64,000 nucleotides of DNA from Octopus vulgaris (lineage: Eukaryota): NCBI GenBank assembly GCA_951406725.2, contig OX597836.1, positions 930,001 through 994,000 of the forward strand. Direction: 5' to 3'. A program made the translations under genes and the position numbers. The notes under the pieces were generated by a model. The model was not told where the DNA came from and searched no databases. It saw only the letters and a program-made list of their open reading frames with translations. Below are positions 41,022-54,847 of the stretch, piece after piece; the stretch's first letter is position 1, and the number at the start of each line of letters is the position of its first letter.

Positions 41022-41251
41022 TCATACATACATTCACAAGCATATATATATATGTATGATTCATACATGCGCACACACAGAGAGAGGCATATAAGTATAT
41101 TGAATAATATGAATAATACTGACAACGATGATAGAAATAGAGGGAAGAAAAAAGGTGGCCAAACGAAGAAGCTGTAAAGGTAAGACAAGAGAAAGAGAGG
41201 TAAATGTGGAATGGAAAAGGTGGGCAGTGGTGGCTGCCATAGTTTACTTAC

Positions 41252-41359
41252 CTCTTCCTCGGGTGTTGTATTAACCGAGTCCATACTCTGACTTAGCGAT
41301 ATCGAAGTCTCCGTGTTGAGCGAGGGACTAGTATGGGCCGTCATTTCGTTTGATCTCAT
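41252..41359 (-). CDS. Probable first coding exon of an unidentified large host gene (36 codons: MRSNEMTAHTSPSLNTETSISLSQSMDSVNTTPEEE, phase-0 intron follows)
   Basis: ATG at 41359 (context GGCATGA). The peptide is non-repetitive and Ser/Thr/acidic, and ends exactly at a consensus donor GAG|GTAAGT (plus strand ACTTAC 41246-41251). No in-frame ATG lies in the trinucleotide-rich sequence just upstream. Product not recognised. Confidence 0.62.
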
Positions 41360-41384
41360 GCCGAAACAATGATGCCGTTGATGG

Positions 41385-41630
41385 GAACAACAACTATAAC
41401 AACAACAACAACAACTACAGCAACAGCAACAGCAGCGGTGAGAATAATAGTAATAGTAATAACGATGATGATGATGATGTTGATAACAACAACAACAACA
41501 ACAACAATGGTAATAATAATAATAATAATAAGGATAATAATAAGGATAAGGATAACAACTACTACGGCTGAGGTGGCGGCGGCGGGAACACCACCACCAA
41601 CAACAACAACAGCAACAACAACCGCTGCAA
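41385..41630. repeat. Compound trinucleotide array (AAC/AGC/AAT/GAT/GGC/ACC) in the presumed 5' UTR of the minus-strand gene
   Basis: Triplet runs are directly visible immediately upstream of the ATG at 41359. Confidence 0.85.
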
Positions 41631-41814
41631 CAGCTAGTCGATCTACAATAGCTCAGGCAACGCTTTGTTTCGTATTATATATATTTAGATATATATATAT
41701 TTAGATATATATATATATATGTATATATATAGATATATAGATATGTATATATATAGGTATATATATATATATGTATATGTGTTATATATTTAAGTTATAT
41801 ATATAACTCACGCG

Positions 41815-41845
<31 letters not shown>

Positions 41846-42601
41846 CGTGTGTGTGTATATCCTTTCCTTTGCTGTGCTTTGCTTATATTTTTCTTTTCCT
41901 TTTCTTTCGCTGCTGTAGTTGTTGTATTTCCCGTAATATATATATGTATAAATATATATATATTTATTTATCTGTGTCTGTGTATGTATATGTTTATAAA
42001 TATTGGCGCGTATGTATGTATGTGTGTATGCGTGTGTGTGTGTATAATATAAATAGTGTATATACTTGTTATATACTTTTTATATTCACATGTAATGTTG
42101 GCGATGATGATCGTGGTAGCTGTATATACCTAGATGATGTGTGTATATGTATGAATACTGTTGTTTGTGTTCTTTAAAGGAAATATTAATATTATTGGTT
42201 AACGAACTGTTTATGTGTGTGTGCGTGCGTGTGTGTGTGTACATATATATGTTTACATAGGCATATACACATATACATATATACACACACACTTACATGT
42301 TTGTGTGTGTAGGTGTGTTTGTGTGTGTGCGTGTGATTCTGTTTTTGTTATGGTATCGATGTGGTTACACGATCTATATGACCGTTTATATATGTGTATG
42401 TATATAAGAATTTATATATATATATACATATATAAGTTTATGATATTTTGTATATTATATATAGAATATTTACATATATATATATCCGTTGCTCAGAGAT
42501 ATCGTTGATGTGTCAGAGGCGCATGGAGAGAATAATATACGATCCTGGTTTTTCGAAAATTATAACACTTTTACAGATTTCATTGAGAAGGAATCGGTAG
42601 C

Positions 42602-42653
<52 letters not shown>

Positions 42654-43689
42654 GTATGTATATATGTGAGTGTGTCTGTGTGTGCGCGTTAGCTCTGTAT
42701 ACAGATATTACTGCATCTATATATCTATATTCTTTCTGTATCGATCAATCGATCTATGTCTATATATATATGTATATAGACAAGTAGATTCAATATATGT
42801 ATTATATAATATATAGCACATGTATATATATAATTTCGTGTATAATAATAACAATGCTTTTATATATATGATATATACATATACATATAAAAAGATAGAT
42901 AGACTGACAGAGAGATGGGTTACTTGGTAGATAGGTTTTCAAATAATTGGTAAGTTTAAAGTGCCGGATAATAATGATAGGGGCAAGTTTGATCGTAATG
43001 TATTCCGCGTAGCTTTTTTTTTATCCACTCCTGGTGCTGTTTTGCGTTAAATACCTGCTTCCAACAAGTATACATATATACACATATATATATATGTATG
43101 TATATATATAAATATATATATAATATATATACACACAATATATATATTATATATTATATATATACATATATTTGTGAGTGTGTGTCAGTATTATATAGAC
43201 CCCACACAGCACAAAACACATATATACACAAGAATCCGAGTGAAATACTTCCAGGCAGTCTTGCTAGCTAGAAGTTTAATAAAACATGTTCGGTTTGTGT
43301 GTGTGGAAGTGTATGAACGTGTATGTGTGCCTGTGTGGCGGTAGATGTGTGCGTTAATGATCTGTATGCGTTTGTGTGTGTGTGCGGGGTCCAACAGATT
43401 CTGTGCGCTTTACACGCAGTCAATTCGCTTCTCTCAGATACGCGCACCGACTACACGCACGCACGCACACACACACACACACATACGACTACGCTGCGCA
43501 CACGCACACATGGAAGAGTGTATTTATATAGACGAATAGAGAGCGAGTGTTACAGTCACACACTCGTACGTATACGTGATACGTATACACACACTGGCAC
43601 GTACGCAAACACACACACACCCACACACGTTTTAATACGCTTGTTTGAACGCACACACTGTGGCACACAGACACACATACTGTGAGAGT

Positions 43690-45486
43690 TACACACACAC
43701 ACACGTTTCTGTTGACAAGAGAGGAAGTGAGAGTGAATGAGAGAAAGAGAGCGAGGGAGTGATTGAGGCTGTGAGAAACCATATGTGAAAAGGAGAGGGG
43801 GAAAGGCAGAGAGAGAGAGAGAAATAGTCAGCAGTCAGACAGTGAGGAAAGAAGGCTGGCGAGAGGGGAGGAGCAGACGAAGGCTTATAGAGAGGGATGT
43901 GAGAAAGAGTGAGCGAATAAGAGAGAGGGGGAGGAAAAGTGTTACAATAGAGAGAATGGGAGGCATTAGAGGGGGTGACGTGATAAAATAGTGGCGGAAT
44001 AAAGAGTGAACGAACGTTTGAAAGACAGCGAGAGAAATTCGTTTACGATATTGAAGAGAGGGAGGGAGGGTGGGAGAGAGAGAGAGAGAGTGAGTGGGGG
44101 AGAGGGAGAGAGAGAGAAAGAAGAGAGAGAGAATGAGTGGGGAGAGACAAACAGGATTGATTGATTGATAAAACAGATAGTTATGAAGGTAGATAGACAG
44201 ATCTGTATATAGAGATAATGAATGTAAGAGAAAACACTGGAAAGAAAAGAAAAGAAAGAAGAGGGTGAAAGAAAGAAAGAAAGATAGAATAGGGTGGAAG
44301 AATTAAGAGAAAAACAGAAGGAAAAAATAAACAGGAGGACGAAAGAAACAGTGCGAAAGAGTAAGGTTATCGAACGAGAGTTTAATAGAAACAGTAAGAG
44401 AGAGAGGGAGAGGAAAATAGAGAATGAAGTGTATGGTAAAAAATATGAAAAAGAAGTGGAACAGGAGTAGGAGAGAGAGAGAGAGTGTAAAGGGGGGGGA
44501 GGTTAGAAATCAAAATATAAAACAAGAATAGAAGAGTAGAAAGTGGAAACAATAAGACTTGAAGGTGGGTGAGAGAGAGAGAGAGTATGAGAGAGAGAGA
44601 GAGAAAGGAGAGAAAGAGGGGGAAGGAGAGAAAGTGAAAATCGTAAGATGAATGGGAAGAAGAAAAGAGAGAAGAGTAGAAGAGCACAATTGAATGATAG
44701 TGAAAGTGTAGCGGCTGAGTGAGAGTGAAGGGTAGCGTTTACTGGAGCAGACGATCTGTTGAGTGTGAGTAGACGGAGAATTGACTGGAGCAGACGATCC
44801 GAGTTATTTATTATTTTTCTTTTTTTTATTACGTTTTCTTTTGCGTTTATTTTAAAGTGGAGCACGTCTGTCCCTGGAGGGCAATGGTTGTAGTGGAGGT
44901 AGTGGTTGCTGGTGATGTAGCTGTGGTTGTAGTACCAACAGCTCTAGTAGTTGTAGTGGTTGTAGGGAGGTAGTACTAATGATAGTTACAATAGTACTAC
45001 TAATAATAGTAGTTGATAGCAGTGACTGTACAGTTTACTGTTATTTAGACCCAGTTCAGCCCTGATCGGTCGTACCTTTCATCAATCACGTTCCAGTCGT
45101 GACCACCACATTTTCCTTCTTATTTACACAAAATCTAGGACTACATTACAATGTAATTGAGAACGATTTGACGAGGTTGTCGCCACAAGTTAACCCTGAT
45201 CCAGCGGACCAATCCAGCCGTGGCCACACCATCGTTTTAAGGGATCTAAGACCATATTTTGTTATGACGATGGAGTACTGACGCAGATTCGGCTCCCATT
45301 TCTAGCAAATCAAAATAGAACTCCCCCCCACTCCATTGGCTCGAGTGGTGGTAGTCGGGGCTATGTGTGATAGTTGTGTTCGTAGTATGGGCAGTGGTGC
45401 TTAGTGGTTGACTTAGTAGTAATAATAATACCAGTTATAGTAATACAAGCAGTTGTAGTGGTAGCAGTAACAAGTGGTGCTATTTA

Positions 45487-45528
<42 letters not shown>

Positions 45529-46400
45529 AACGAACTAGCTTCTGGCTATCGTTCGACTTGCGGTGAATAGCACAACCTACTGTTAGAAAGGAGAGAAGAA
45601 AAAAAACGATGGGAAGGTCACAGCTGGAAAGTCTTTCATCATATGTCTGCTCAGTTAGAGCCGACCTCGGGCTAAAACAACACTAACTACTACTACTACT
45701 ACTACTACTATTACTACAAGCTGCGTTGTAGTGAAACTAGTTTAGTGTCGGTGGTGGGTTCGACAATGGCAGCGAGTGAACTCACTGCTGCAGTGCCGGT
45801 TACTACTACTACTACTACTATTACTATTACTACTACTATTGGTAGGGAGAAATAGTGGTGGTGGTGGTGGTGAGATGGCGGTGGTAAGGGTGCGTAATGG
45901 GAGGGAAAGGGGTGATAGGAAGAGGGCGAAGGCCCTAGAATTCAGAAGGAGGTAGTAGTAGTAGGAGAGGGAATGAGGAAAAGTGAGAGGTGGAGAGTGA
46001 ATGAAGGGGGAGAGAGAGAGAGAATGAAAGTGAGTGAGGTGAATGGAGAGAGAGGGAAAGAAAGGAGACAAATGAATCGAATCGAGAAAGGTGAAGACGA
46101 GGAGGAATGAAGAGGAAGAGGGTGAGGAAAGATGAAAGCAGAGAGGGAGGTTGGGGGAGGGAAGAGGGAAGAGATAGAAAGACTAAGAGGATAAATAGAA
46201 GAGAGGGAGAAGACAAGGTCAGCGGCAGGAGTAAGAGGAAGAGTCAAAGGAAGGAGAAACTACAGAGGGAGGGGAAGAGGGAGATGATGGGGGAAAGGTG
46301 GGGGAGGAGAGTGATGTAGGATAATTAGTTTGGGGTGGGAGGAGAAGGAGTAGGAAGCCCGTACAATGAAGTGGTTGGGGGAGGGGGGTAACGACTGTGG
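43690..46400. repeat. Long purine-rich (GA/GGA/GAA) low-complexity blocks (43690-44700, 45900-46400)
   Basis: Strong plus-strand purine bias; lies upstream of the minus-strand exon. Confidence 0.85.
45038..45685. mobile_element. Family D copies (45038-45345, two partial tandem copies; 45575-45685 in the opposite orientation)
   Basis: CCCAGTTCAGCCCTGATC...GGACTACATTA; GGTCACAGCTGGAA...GACCTCGGGCTAAAACAAC. Confidence 0.6.
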
Positions 46401-46567
46401 TTGTTGTAGCGGGGGTGGTTGATCTGTGTGTGTGTGTGTCTACCCGCATATATGGCTGTGTGAAGATTATATATATATATAGTCGCATGCACTTCTATGT
46501 TTGTGTGTGTGTTGGAGGAAATTTTCTGCTTTACTAGAAACACACACGTTCACTCATGCATGCACAG

Positions 46568-46605
<38 letters not shown>

Positions 46606-46885
46606 TGTATATATCTATATATGCTTATATGTGCGCGTACATAGAGACACACACGCATAGAAGCATATATTAATATACATAGACACACACACACACACAC
46701 ACACTCTCTGTATACATACATGCTTACACTACACTATGTAGATACGAATATGTATGGGAACACACACACATATATATACATATATATAAACACACTTATG
46801 TATATATATATATACATACATACATGTATATAAACGCATATATACATATATATACAAACGTATATATAAACACACACACATAGGC

Positions 46886-46918
<33 letters not shown>

Positions 46919-47003
46919 TATACACACACACATATATACATACATAAATTCAGGGTGAATACTTGATAAATGTAAGCACCTGTATATGCCACCTATATAT
47001 ATA

Positions 47004-47043
<40 letters not shown>

Positions 47044-47472
47044 CATATATACACATATATACATACACACACACATATATATATATATACATATATACAT
47101 ACACACACACACATATATATACATATATACATACACACACATATATATATACACATATATACATATATACACACACACACATATATACATATATATACGT
47201 ATATCTATCTATCATATATATGTATATAATCTTCATATATAGGTACATATACATATATCTACATATATACGCACATATATATACACATACATATATATAT
47301 CTATATTTATATATACATACATCTAAATACGTCTATAGGCATACATATATATATATATATATATACACACACATATATATATACTCGTACACACACAAGT
47401 GGCTCTTTTTTTTTTACGTTCGCGTACTTTCACATTCCTTCTATTACTTTCTCGTGCGTGTATAAGTGTGTG

Positions 47473-47526
<54 letters not shown>

Positions 47527-47549
47527 TATACCTTCTTCCCATATATGCA

Positions 47550-48875
47550 TCTATCTACTCAGCTCCCTCCCTCCCTCCCTATCTATCTATGTATCTATCT
47601 ATCTATCTCCACCCCTCTCTCTCATTATTCGCCGTACCCAACACATATTCCTCTATCAACACGTTTAACACTCCTCTTCTAGTTTTCCCTCCCTCCCTCT
47701 CCTCACCCCCCTCTCTCTCTCTCTCATTCTTTCTCTCTTATTCATCATCTCTAATTCACTTCTAAACCTCCAACTCCAGTCATTCAGGTCCTGCGCTGGT
47801 TTTACCTCTGACTATTCCCCACTCTTTCGCTTCTATTTTGTCTCTTCAGCTTCTCTCACCTCCCCTTCTTCTCTCTCTAATAATCATTCTTCCTCTCTAA
47901 GCTTCCCCTCACCTACCAGTCTCCCACTAATGCTCCCACAGATCATCTCCTACTCCCTTTGTTGGTAAATGTAATTTCCTCGTTATCGTCTGCTTCTTTC
48001 ATTTGTTTGGCTTCGATTTCTTTCACTTGTCTTCTTTAATCTCTCTCTCCCTCCTTTGTATGTTTTTCTCCTTCTCTCCATCCTTCCATCTCTCTCTCTC
48101 CAAATATCCCTCTCTCTCTCTCTTCTCTCTCTCTCTTCTCTCTCTCTCTCTCTCTAGTTCTGTGGCTGTCTGTCTGTCTGTCTGCTACGTCTGGTCCGCC
48201 CGTGTGTCAGCCAGGCCGACTGCGTGTTCGATTGACTGTCTGTATGTCTATCTTTATATCCATATGTCCGTCTGTTTGTTCGTCTGTCCATCGATCTATC
48301 TATTTATCAATCAATCAATCATCTAATCAATCAATCTATTCCTTTGATCTCATAATCTCTTTAAATCAAGTTCTCAACCTCATCTTCATCTCGTGCGCGC
48401 GCATACACACACACACACACAATTGCACACACACACACACATACTGATTTATGCAAGCACTTAGTGACACATACGCATACACTGATTCACTGAAAAAGAA
48501 ACGCATATACTGTAACAGGGGAATACATTGACATACATACACGCGGTTGCACACACACATATATATATATACACACATATATTACACACACACCCATATA
48601 TATATATATACATGTGAGCGTGCATATGTGCACTGACACAAATGCACCATCACACACACACACTCATCGACACATTCATACACTAATATGTACGCATACA
48701 CACACACACACGCATGCACGTCCGCACTGCTGCACTAACTATATGCATTTATGTATATGCGCACAGACAAACAATCGTATGCACACACACACGCGTGCGC
48801 GCGCTGACGCATGCACACACTGAGTCACACTTAAGCATGCGGCGTATGCACGCACAGTCATACGCACCAGCGCAC

Positions 48876-48906
<31 letters not shown>

Positions 48907-49705
48907 GCTAAGAGCACTGCATGAGTGTCTGTCTGCCTGCATGTGTTTCCTTTCACTCTCACTCTCTCTCAGCCTGCATTTCGATCTATTTGTCTATCTT
49001 CCTCTTTCCATCTCCCCCTCTCTATCTATCTATCTATCTATCCATTCATCTGTCTGCCTATCTATCTACCCCCCTCTCTCTCTCTCTATCCATCCATCCA
49101 TTCCTCCCCTCCTCCCACCTCTTCATCTAACACTGGTTTTCCTTCCATTATTATTCTTTCTCCTTTTTTCTTCATTTAACCTTCCTTCTCAAAGTCTCCT
49201 TCTCGCTTTCCTTCTCTGTCGTCTGCTTTCACTTTTCAATGTCACTCATCTAATCATAGATTCCATCCCCCCCCCACCTTCGCCTCCAACCTTCGCCTCT
49301 TTCGCTCAACTTCTTCTTCCTCATTCTTTCCTTCTCTCCTTCACACTTTCTACTTTTCTTTTCTCTCTTCTTCCTTTCTAATCATTTCTCTCCTCTTCCT
49401 TCCTCTCTTTCTCAATTCCTCTTACGTAGCTCCTGACATTCTTTCTCCATCATCCCCAACCCCACCATTTCTCTCTCTAGCATTCCTTCTTCCCTCTCTC
49501 TCTCTCTGTCTCTTTCATTCCCCCTTTCCATTTATCTCTCTTTCTCCCCCCCCCACCACAACTCTCTCTCAACAGCTCCTCTCTCATACACTCTCTCTTC
49601 ACATTACTCTTTCTCTAGCTTCATCTTTCTTCTTACCACTCTTACCTCTCTCTCTCTCTCTCTCTCTCTCTAACACACACTATCCCTCCTCCCTCCCTCT
49701 CTCCA
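47550..49705. repeat. Long pyrimidine-rich (CT/CCT) low-complexity blocks (47550-48160, 48950-49705)
   Basis: Strong plus-strand pyrimidine bias. Confidence 0.85.
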
Positions 49706-49984
49706 ACATTAAACGTTATTAACCACCAATAGTTAGCTTAACACATCAATTCCATTGGACTGTGTCTGCGTCAGCGGACGTTCAATGTGTATCAATGTGT
49801 TTGTGTGTTAGTGTGTTTATGTGTTAGTGTGTGTTCGTGTGCGTATGGATGTGTGTTCAAGGGGGAAGGCGTTTGCCAGTGTTGATGTATGCGTGTATGT
49901 GTGCGCATCTGAGTATGTGTGTGTAAGTGTATGTGTGTGTGTAAGTGTGTGTTGTGTAAGTGTACCAGTGTATATGTATGCGTC

Positions 49985-50018
<34 letters not shown>

Positions 50019-50022
50019 CGTC

Positions 50023-50063
<41 letters not shown>

Positions 50064-50263
50064 TGTGTAAGTGTAGCAGTGTGCATCTGAATGTGTGTCA
50101 GTGTGCAGTGGTGTCTGCGTCGATGCATCATCTGCCATCGACAGCATTCATAATTCTACCACCGTGATTGGCTTCAATCTTCTCCCTCTTTCTCTCTCAC
50201 ATATACATACACATATATATTACACACACACACACACACTTATATATACATTGTACAAAGAAT

Positions 50264-50304
<41 letters not shown>

Positions 50305-50307
<3 letters not shown>

Positions 50308-50688
50308 CTCTTCTCCTGTTTCAATCAAATGACTGCTGCCATGCTGGGGCACAGCTTTGAAGGGCTTCAGTCGAACAAATCGACCCCAGGACCTTTTTTA
50401 AACCCACTACTCATTCTATCGGGCTCTTTTGCCGAACCGCTAAGTTACGGGGACGTAAACACACTAACACCGGTTGTCAAACGGTAGTGGGAGACAAACA
50501 AACACAAACACATAGACATTATACGATGGGCTTCTTTCAGTTTCTGTCTACCAAATCCACTCGCAATACTTTAGAAGGCCCAAGGCTTTGGCAGAAGACA
50601 CTTGCCCAAGGTGTCGCGCATTGAGACTGAACTCCAAACTATGTGCTTGGGAAGCAAACTTCTTACCACACAGCCACACCTCTACCTA
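50305..50688 (-). mobile_element. SINE family A, near full-length
   Basis: Colinear reverse complement of 8765-9150 from tail (TGTTTCAATCAAATGACTG) to head (CTTACCACACAGCCACACC). Confidence 0.92.
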
Positions 50689-50711
50689 TAAATATACATA
50701 CATACATGTGT

Positions 50712-50768
<57 letters not shown>

Positions 50769-51999
50769 TGTGTGTGCATACAACCATATTTACCTTTCTC
50801 TCATACATGCCTATTTATCCACACTTCTCTCTCACTCTCTCTCTCTGTGTATATCACGGTATATGTGTGCATAAGTACATATATACATACATATATATAC
50901 ATATATATATTATGTGTGTGTATATATATATATGCATATATCTTATATGCACATATGTATACACACACATATATATTCAAATGTATGTATGTATCTATAT
51001 ATATACATATATGTATATATATCATCATCATGAGAATTTAGAAAGTTTGAGAGAGTGTGAAATAAGTGAGACTGGAAGCAGATAAAGCTATAAATAATAA
51101 CCTGTAAATATTGGATTAAAAACCCCCAGAGAGAGAAAAAATCGAAGGCTCCGCGTGAAACACGAAACTACGTCTTCTTTAAACGTAACAGACCTACCAT
51201 GATTGCTTTGGTTCGAAATATTTTTCGACAGACTAATTATCTATCTATCAATCTACCTTCAAATGATTGCTCCGGCTTCTTGTTTCCTTTCACTCCATCC
51301 CAAAGATATCACTGTTTAATTTTCTTCTTCAGTTCGTCGAGATATTTCATTTAAATTTTGGCTTTTCTGTACTTGTTGCCATCCTGTCTTAGAGCTCATA
51401 CCATTTACGCTGACCTGAGCGAGGAATTCAACTAGGAAAGGGTATGGTTACCTTGTAGTTTATCCGGCGAGTTTTACCTGTTGCCTGTGCTTCCTCTCTC
51501 TCTCTCTCCCCACACAGACACACACACACAAACGCACACGCATACATGATGATGCTAACTATCCACTCATGACCGAAGAAAACCATCATGCAAAATGTCA
51601 GCACTAATCGTGCATGTGGCTAATGTACAAACCGTCGGCTTTATTCGGGTTCGCACCCGCCGCTTGCATGCTCGCTACGGCGCTCTCCATCCAACACGAC
51701 CGGGCGTTGGCTGTATGGCTCGCTGGTAATTGCTCAGCCTAAACTTTTAGGTCCAGTAAAGTCTGCACTGCACCTGTCCACCCGTCTGACATAATCCAGA
51801 GACAAACCAGGGCAAGATATTCAGTGTCAATATCAGTCACAGGGGTAGGAATGTGGGAACCGCATGATCTCAAGCGCAAGAAAAGGTTCCTTAAAATGTC
51901 CAATGCCACTCCCGGAGTATCTGGTTTTATATCAGACTGATCTCTCCCCCCCCCCCCACCAAATCATCTCCACAAATTTACAGACCTCACATTTACACA

Positions 52000-53560
52000 T
52001 AAAAGTGTTCCCTATTTCTTTCCGTCTTCACTACTAAGATCTATTGCGGTTTGTATGTTGAGGTTTGACTAATTCGTAATATTTTTCCTCCATTTTAATT
52101 TTGGTGAATTATAATTTCTTCTATTTTTCATTCAGTCCGTTGGAAAGACCTTTAATGGGTCTTTTAATGCACTCAAAATTCTAGAGCTTAAAAAATGCGT
52201 CGGTGATGTTAAGACAAGACATATCTACAAAGTCAGTGGCCCATTTGTGCCTATTCTAACGTTCATAACAAATTCTCTGAAAGATGTCATGAAGAAGGGG
52301 TCTTGTCTATGTAATGCAACCTATCCCTGAAATATCCAGTGATTCGCTGCAAATAACTAATCATTTGCGATGGATTAAGATGACCCAAATATAAAAAAAG
52401 CCATTGTTTTACCTGAGTCGTTTCTTATTGATTGTTTTACTTAATTTAGCCGCGGACGTCCAGTCTGCTCTCCCCCCATTTTCAGATCTACTCTCCGTAG
52501 CTTTGGCAAATAAGTCATCTGTGTAATGGAGGTTCGAAATAGTTTGTCCACCCATGAAACAACCTGAAACTTTTACTTTTTCACTACTATTTTCAGATGT
52601 TTTCATCTCCTTTTTTTCCCCTGAATTGTATAACACGGCTACAATGACAAAGCAGACCAGCAAAGGAACAAGAATATCTCCAAGCTTTACTTCTTTCTGT
52701 ATATCCATCGATCTTGTTTCGATCATACTTGACTGACGCTTTTGAACTTTCGTATGTTAATTTTAGTAGATGGACATAAGATTTGTTTATGGGTGTCTTT
52801 TCAAGAAGCAGCTATTAAAAAGATCGTTATAAACTGTCAAAGGCCTTGGTGAAGGCAATAAATACGATGAGCTAAGGCCTATTGAATTCTATTGAGTTGA
52901 CGATTAATTGTTCGAAGTAAATGGTCTGTTCGATGGTACTTCTTCTTAGGAAGCTGGAAAGTATGAGAACATATTGTCTTTCATCTATGTTGATGTCTGT
53001 AAACAGCTTGTTGACATCACTTAGAAGGGATGGAGATGGAGAGCACTTGTGATATCCTTTCCTATGTCGAACTGTAATAAAAACTCTCGTACACTTTCCG
53101 TTAAAAGAATCAAGTTGAAGTGTTAAAGAAATGCGTCGGGGTTTCTTCGTTCCCAGCTTTTAGAAATTCACAAAATTTGTCCCTGATCTTTTATCAAACT
53201 TCAATAGGTTAAGTTTTCCGTTCATTTTGTCCCCGAGAGAGATGATATATCTCAGAAGAGGGTAGTTCTAAAGATAATTGTAAGACTGAGTTTACGGATA
53301 TCGGTTTTGTTTGTCAGAATTTCTCCAGATCTGTTTTTTTCCGTGTCTCCATCAGGGTGTGTGAACTACACGATGCTGAAATAAGACGTGGTGAATTGAA
53401 TGTAGGAGATCTGTAGAGGAAAACTGAGACATTTGCTGAACGGAACCAATTCGAGATTTTCATTTTACTGAAACGGATTTTTTCTGATGGAGGCAGAGAG
53501 AATTAATAATTCTTTAATTCGAAAGAATTCCTGTTTCACGTGTATCATGAAGCTGGAATG
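52000..53560 (-). mobile_element. Decayed RTE-clade LINE, reverse-transcriptase region
   Basis: Minus-strand motifs in canonical order: ISLLSDVNKLF (RPISLLS..YKLF), RSTIEQ, VFIAFTKAFDSL (FIDFxKAFD), VKLGDILVPLL (VRQGxxLSPLL), GGQTISNLHYTDDL (YADD), INKK, FLYLGHL. Multiple stops and frameshifts. Confidence 0.88.
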
Positions 53561-53619
53561 TCTAAAGTTTAATCGTGTTTAACGATTTTCCATAATCTCG
53601 TTTGCTATCTTTCCACTTT

Positions 53620-54230
53620 CTGGTCGACTCTAATCAAGCAATCATATAATAAAAACCATTTCAGCCATGACAATCCCGACATCTCTCTAGTACCGCAATG
53701 AGTGACTTGAGGGAGATTTGGCTGCTATTTTTTTCTCAAATTAAGTATCCGAGTAGGATCCCTCTTGCAGGCTCATCGACTTTAGGGTTGTTGAGGATTT
53801 GTTTCAGGTCAGGTGAATCAAACAAACGCCAACCCATTCATGGCAATCCAGTCTTTTTATATAACCATGAATTCATTGTCTTAATAAATCCTTTATTTGA
53901 GAAATCCATATTTCTTTGAAAGGATGTGGTTTGAGGAAGATTTTGCTATGATTTCCAGCAGATCGAGAAACTAAGGGAAGGGTTTCTTGTCGCTACTGCT
54001 TTCCTATTTACTACACCGCTTGCCATTGTGGTTGAATATTCCGCATTTTAAGATTGTTGTTGTTTCGTTCCTAATACATCAACTCCTGCGATCAAGGATA
54101 TTCTAGTTGTGACTACTCGCCGCCATTTTGTTTTTGCAAGGTACAGTTTATCTAGGAGTCCATTTACCTATGTGGTTTTCATTTTCAACAAGGTACTGGA
54201 ATACTATGTGAGGGAGATTTTGGCTAATCC
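53620..54230 (-). mobile_element. Three tandem family D copies
   Basis: Cores TGAGGGAGATTTGGCTGCTATTT (~53708), TGAGGAAGATTTTGCTATGATTTCCAGCAG (~53932) and TGAGGGAGATTTTGGCTA (~54209). Confidence 0.7.
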
Positions 54231-54292
54231 TTAATCCTCCACCATCATTTGCTTCTTTTATATTTAAATTTTAAAAGAGCAATTTTTTTCAA

Positions 54293-54500
54293 CTCGTTGA
54301 AGTCGCTTTGAAACCACAGGGTTCCGGGTTCAGCCCCACTAAACGGTATTTTGGGCAAGTGTCTTCTACTATATCCCTGGACCGACCAAAGACTTGTCAG
54401 TGGATTTAGAACAAAACTGTGAAAACCAGTTGTGTGTGTGTGTTTATGGCCTCATAGCTTAGCGGTTTATGCAAAAGAGACCGATAGAATAAGTAGCAGA
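54293..54500 (+). mobile_element. SINE family A, internally deleted
   Basis: AACCACAGGGTTCCGGGTTCAGCCCCAC...TTGGGCAAGTGTCTTCTACTAT...GCAAAAGAGACCGATAGAATAAGTA. Confidence 0.85.
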
Positions 54501-54847
54501 TTGCGCAGGCGCTGTCCTGTGAACGAAGCGAGATGAAAGATAAAAACAGATATTTAATAACAACAACGTTTGCTTAATTTCTTGAGGAATTATTCGTCAG
54601 TTTTTATGTCTCGTAAAAGTTACCTAAAACGGAAAATTCTTTGAATTGTCCAAAATGTGGGATGGAATGCTGTGTGGTATTTCGGTTCTCTGCATTCTGA
54701 GTTGAAATTGTGCCAATCCCTCTTAAAAAAACACTGAAACTAATCCAAGGCGTTGGATTTGGACAATATTTAAAATAAAACTGTCCAAGATGTTTTTTCA
54801 TGATCTCTTCCAGCTCTTTTCTTTAATAAGACTCTTCACAATTTCAC

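Noticed and set aside
44770-44792. TAGACGGAGAATTGA resembling miR-184
   Set aside because: There is a mismatch in the seed, the 3' end diverges, and there is no complementary arm for a precursor hairpin.
39921-44799. Short direct repeats (39921-39960; 44741-44799) as a CRISPR-like array
   Set aside because: The context is eukaryotic, the repeats are either spacerless or only two copies, and there are no cas genes.
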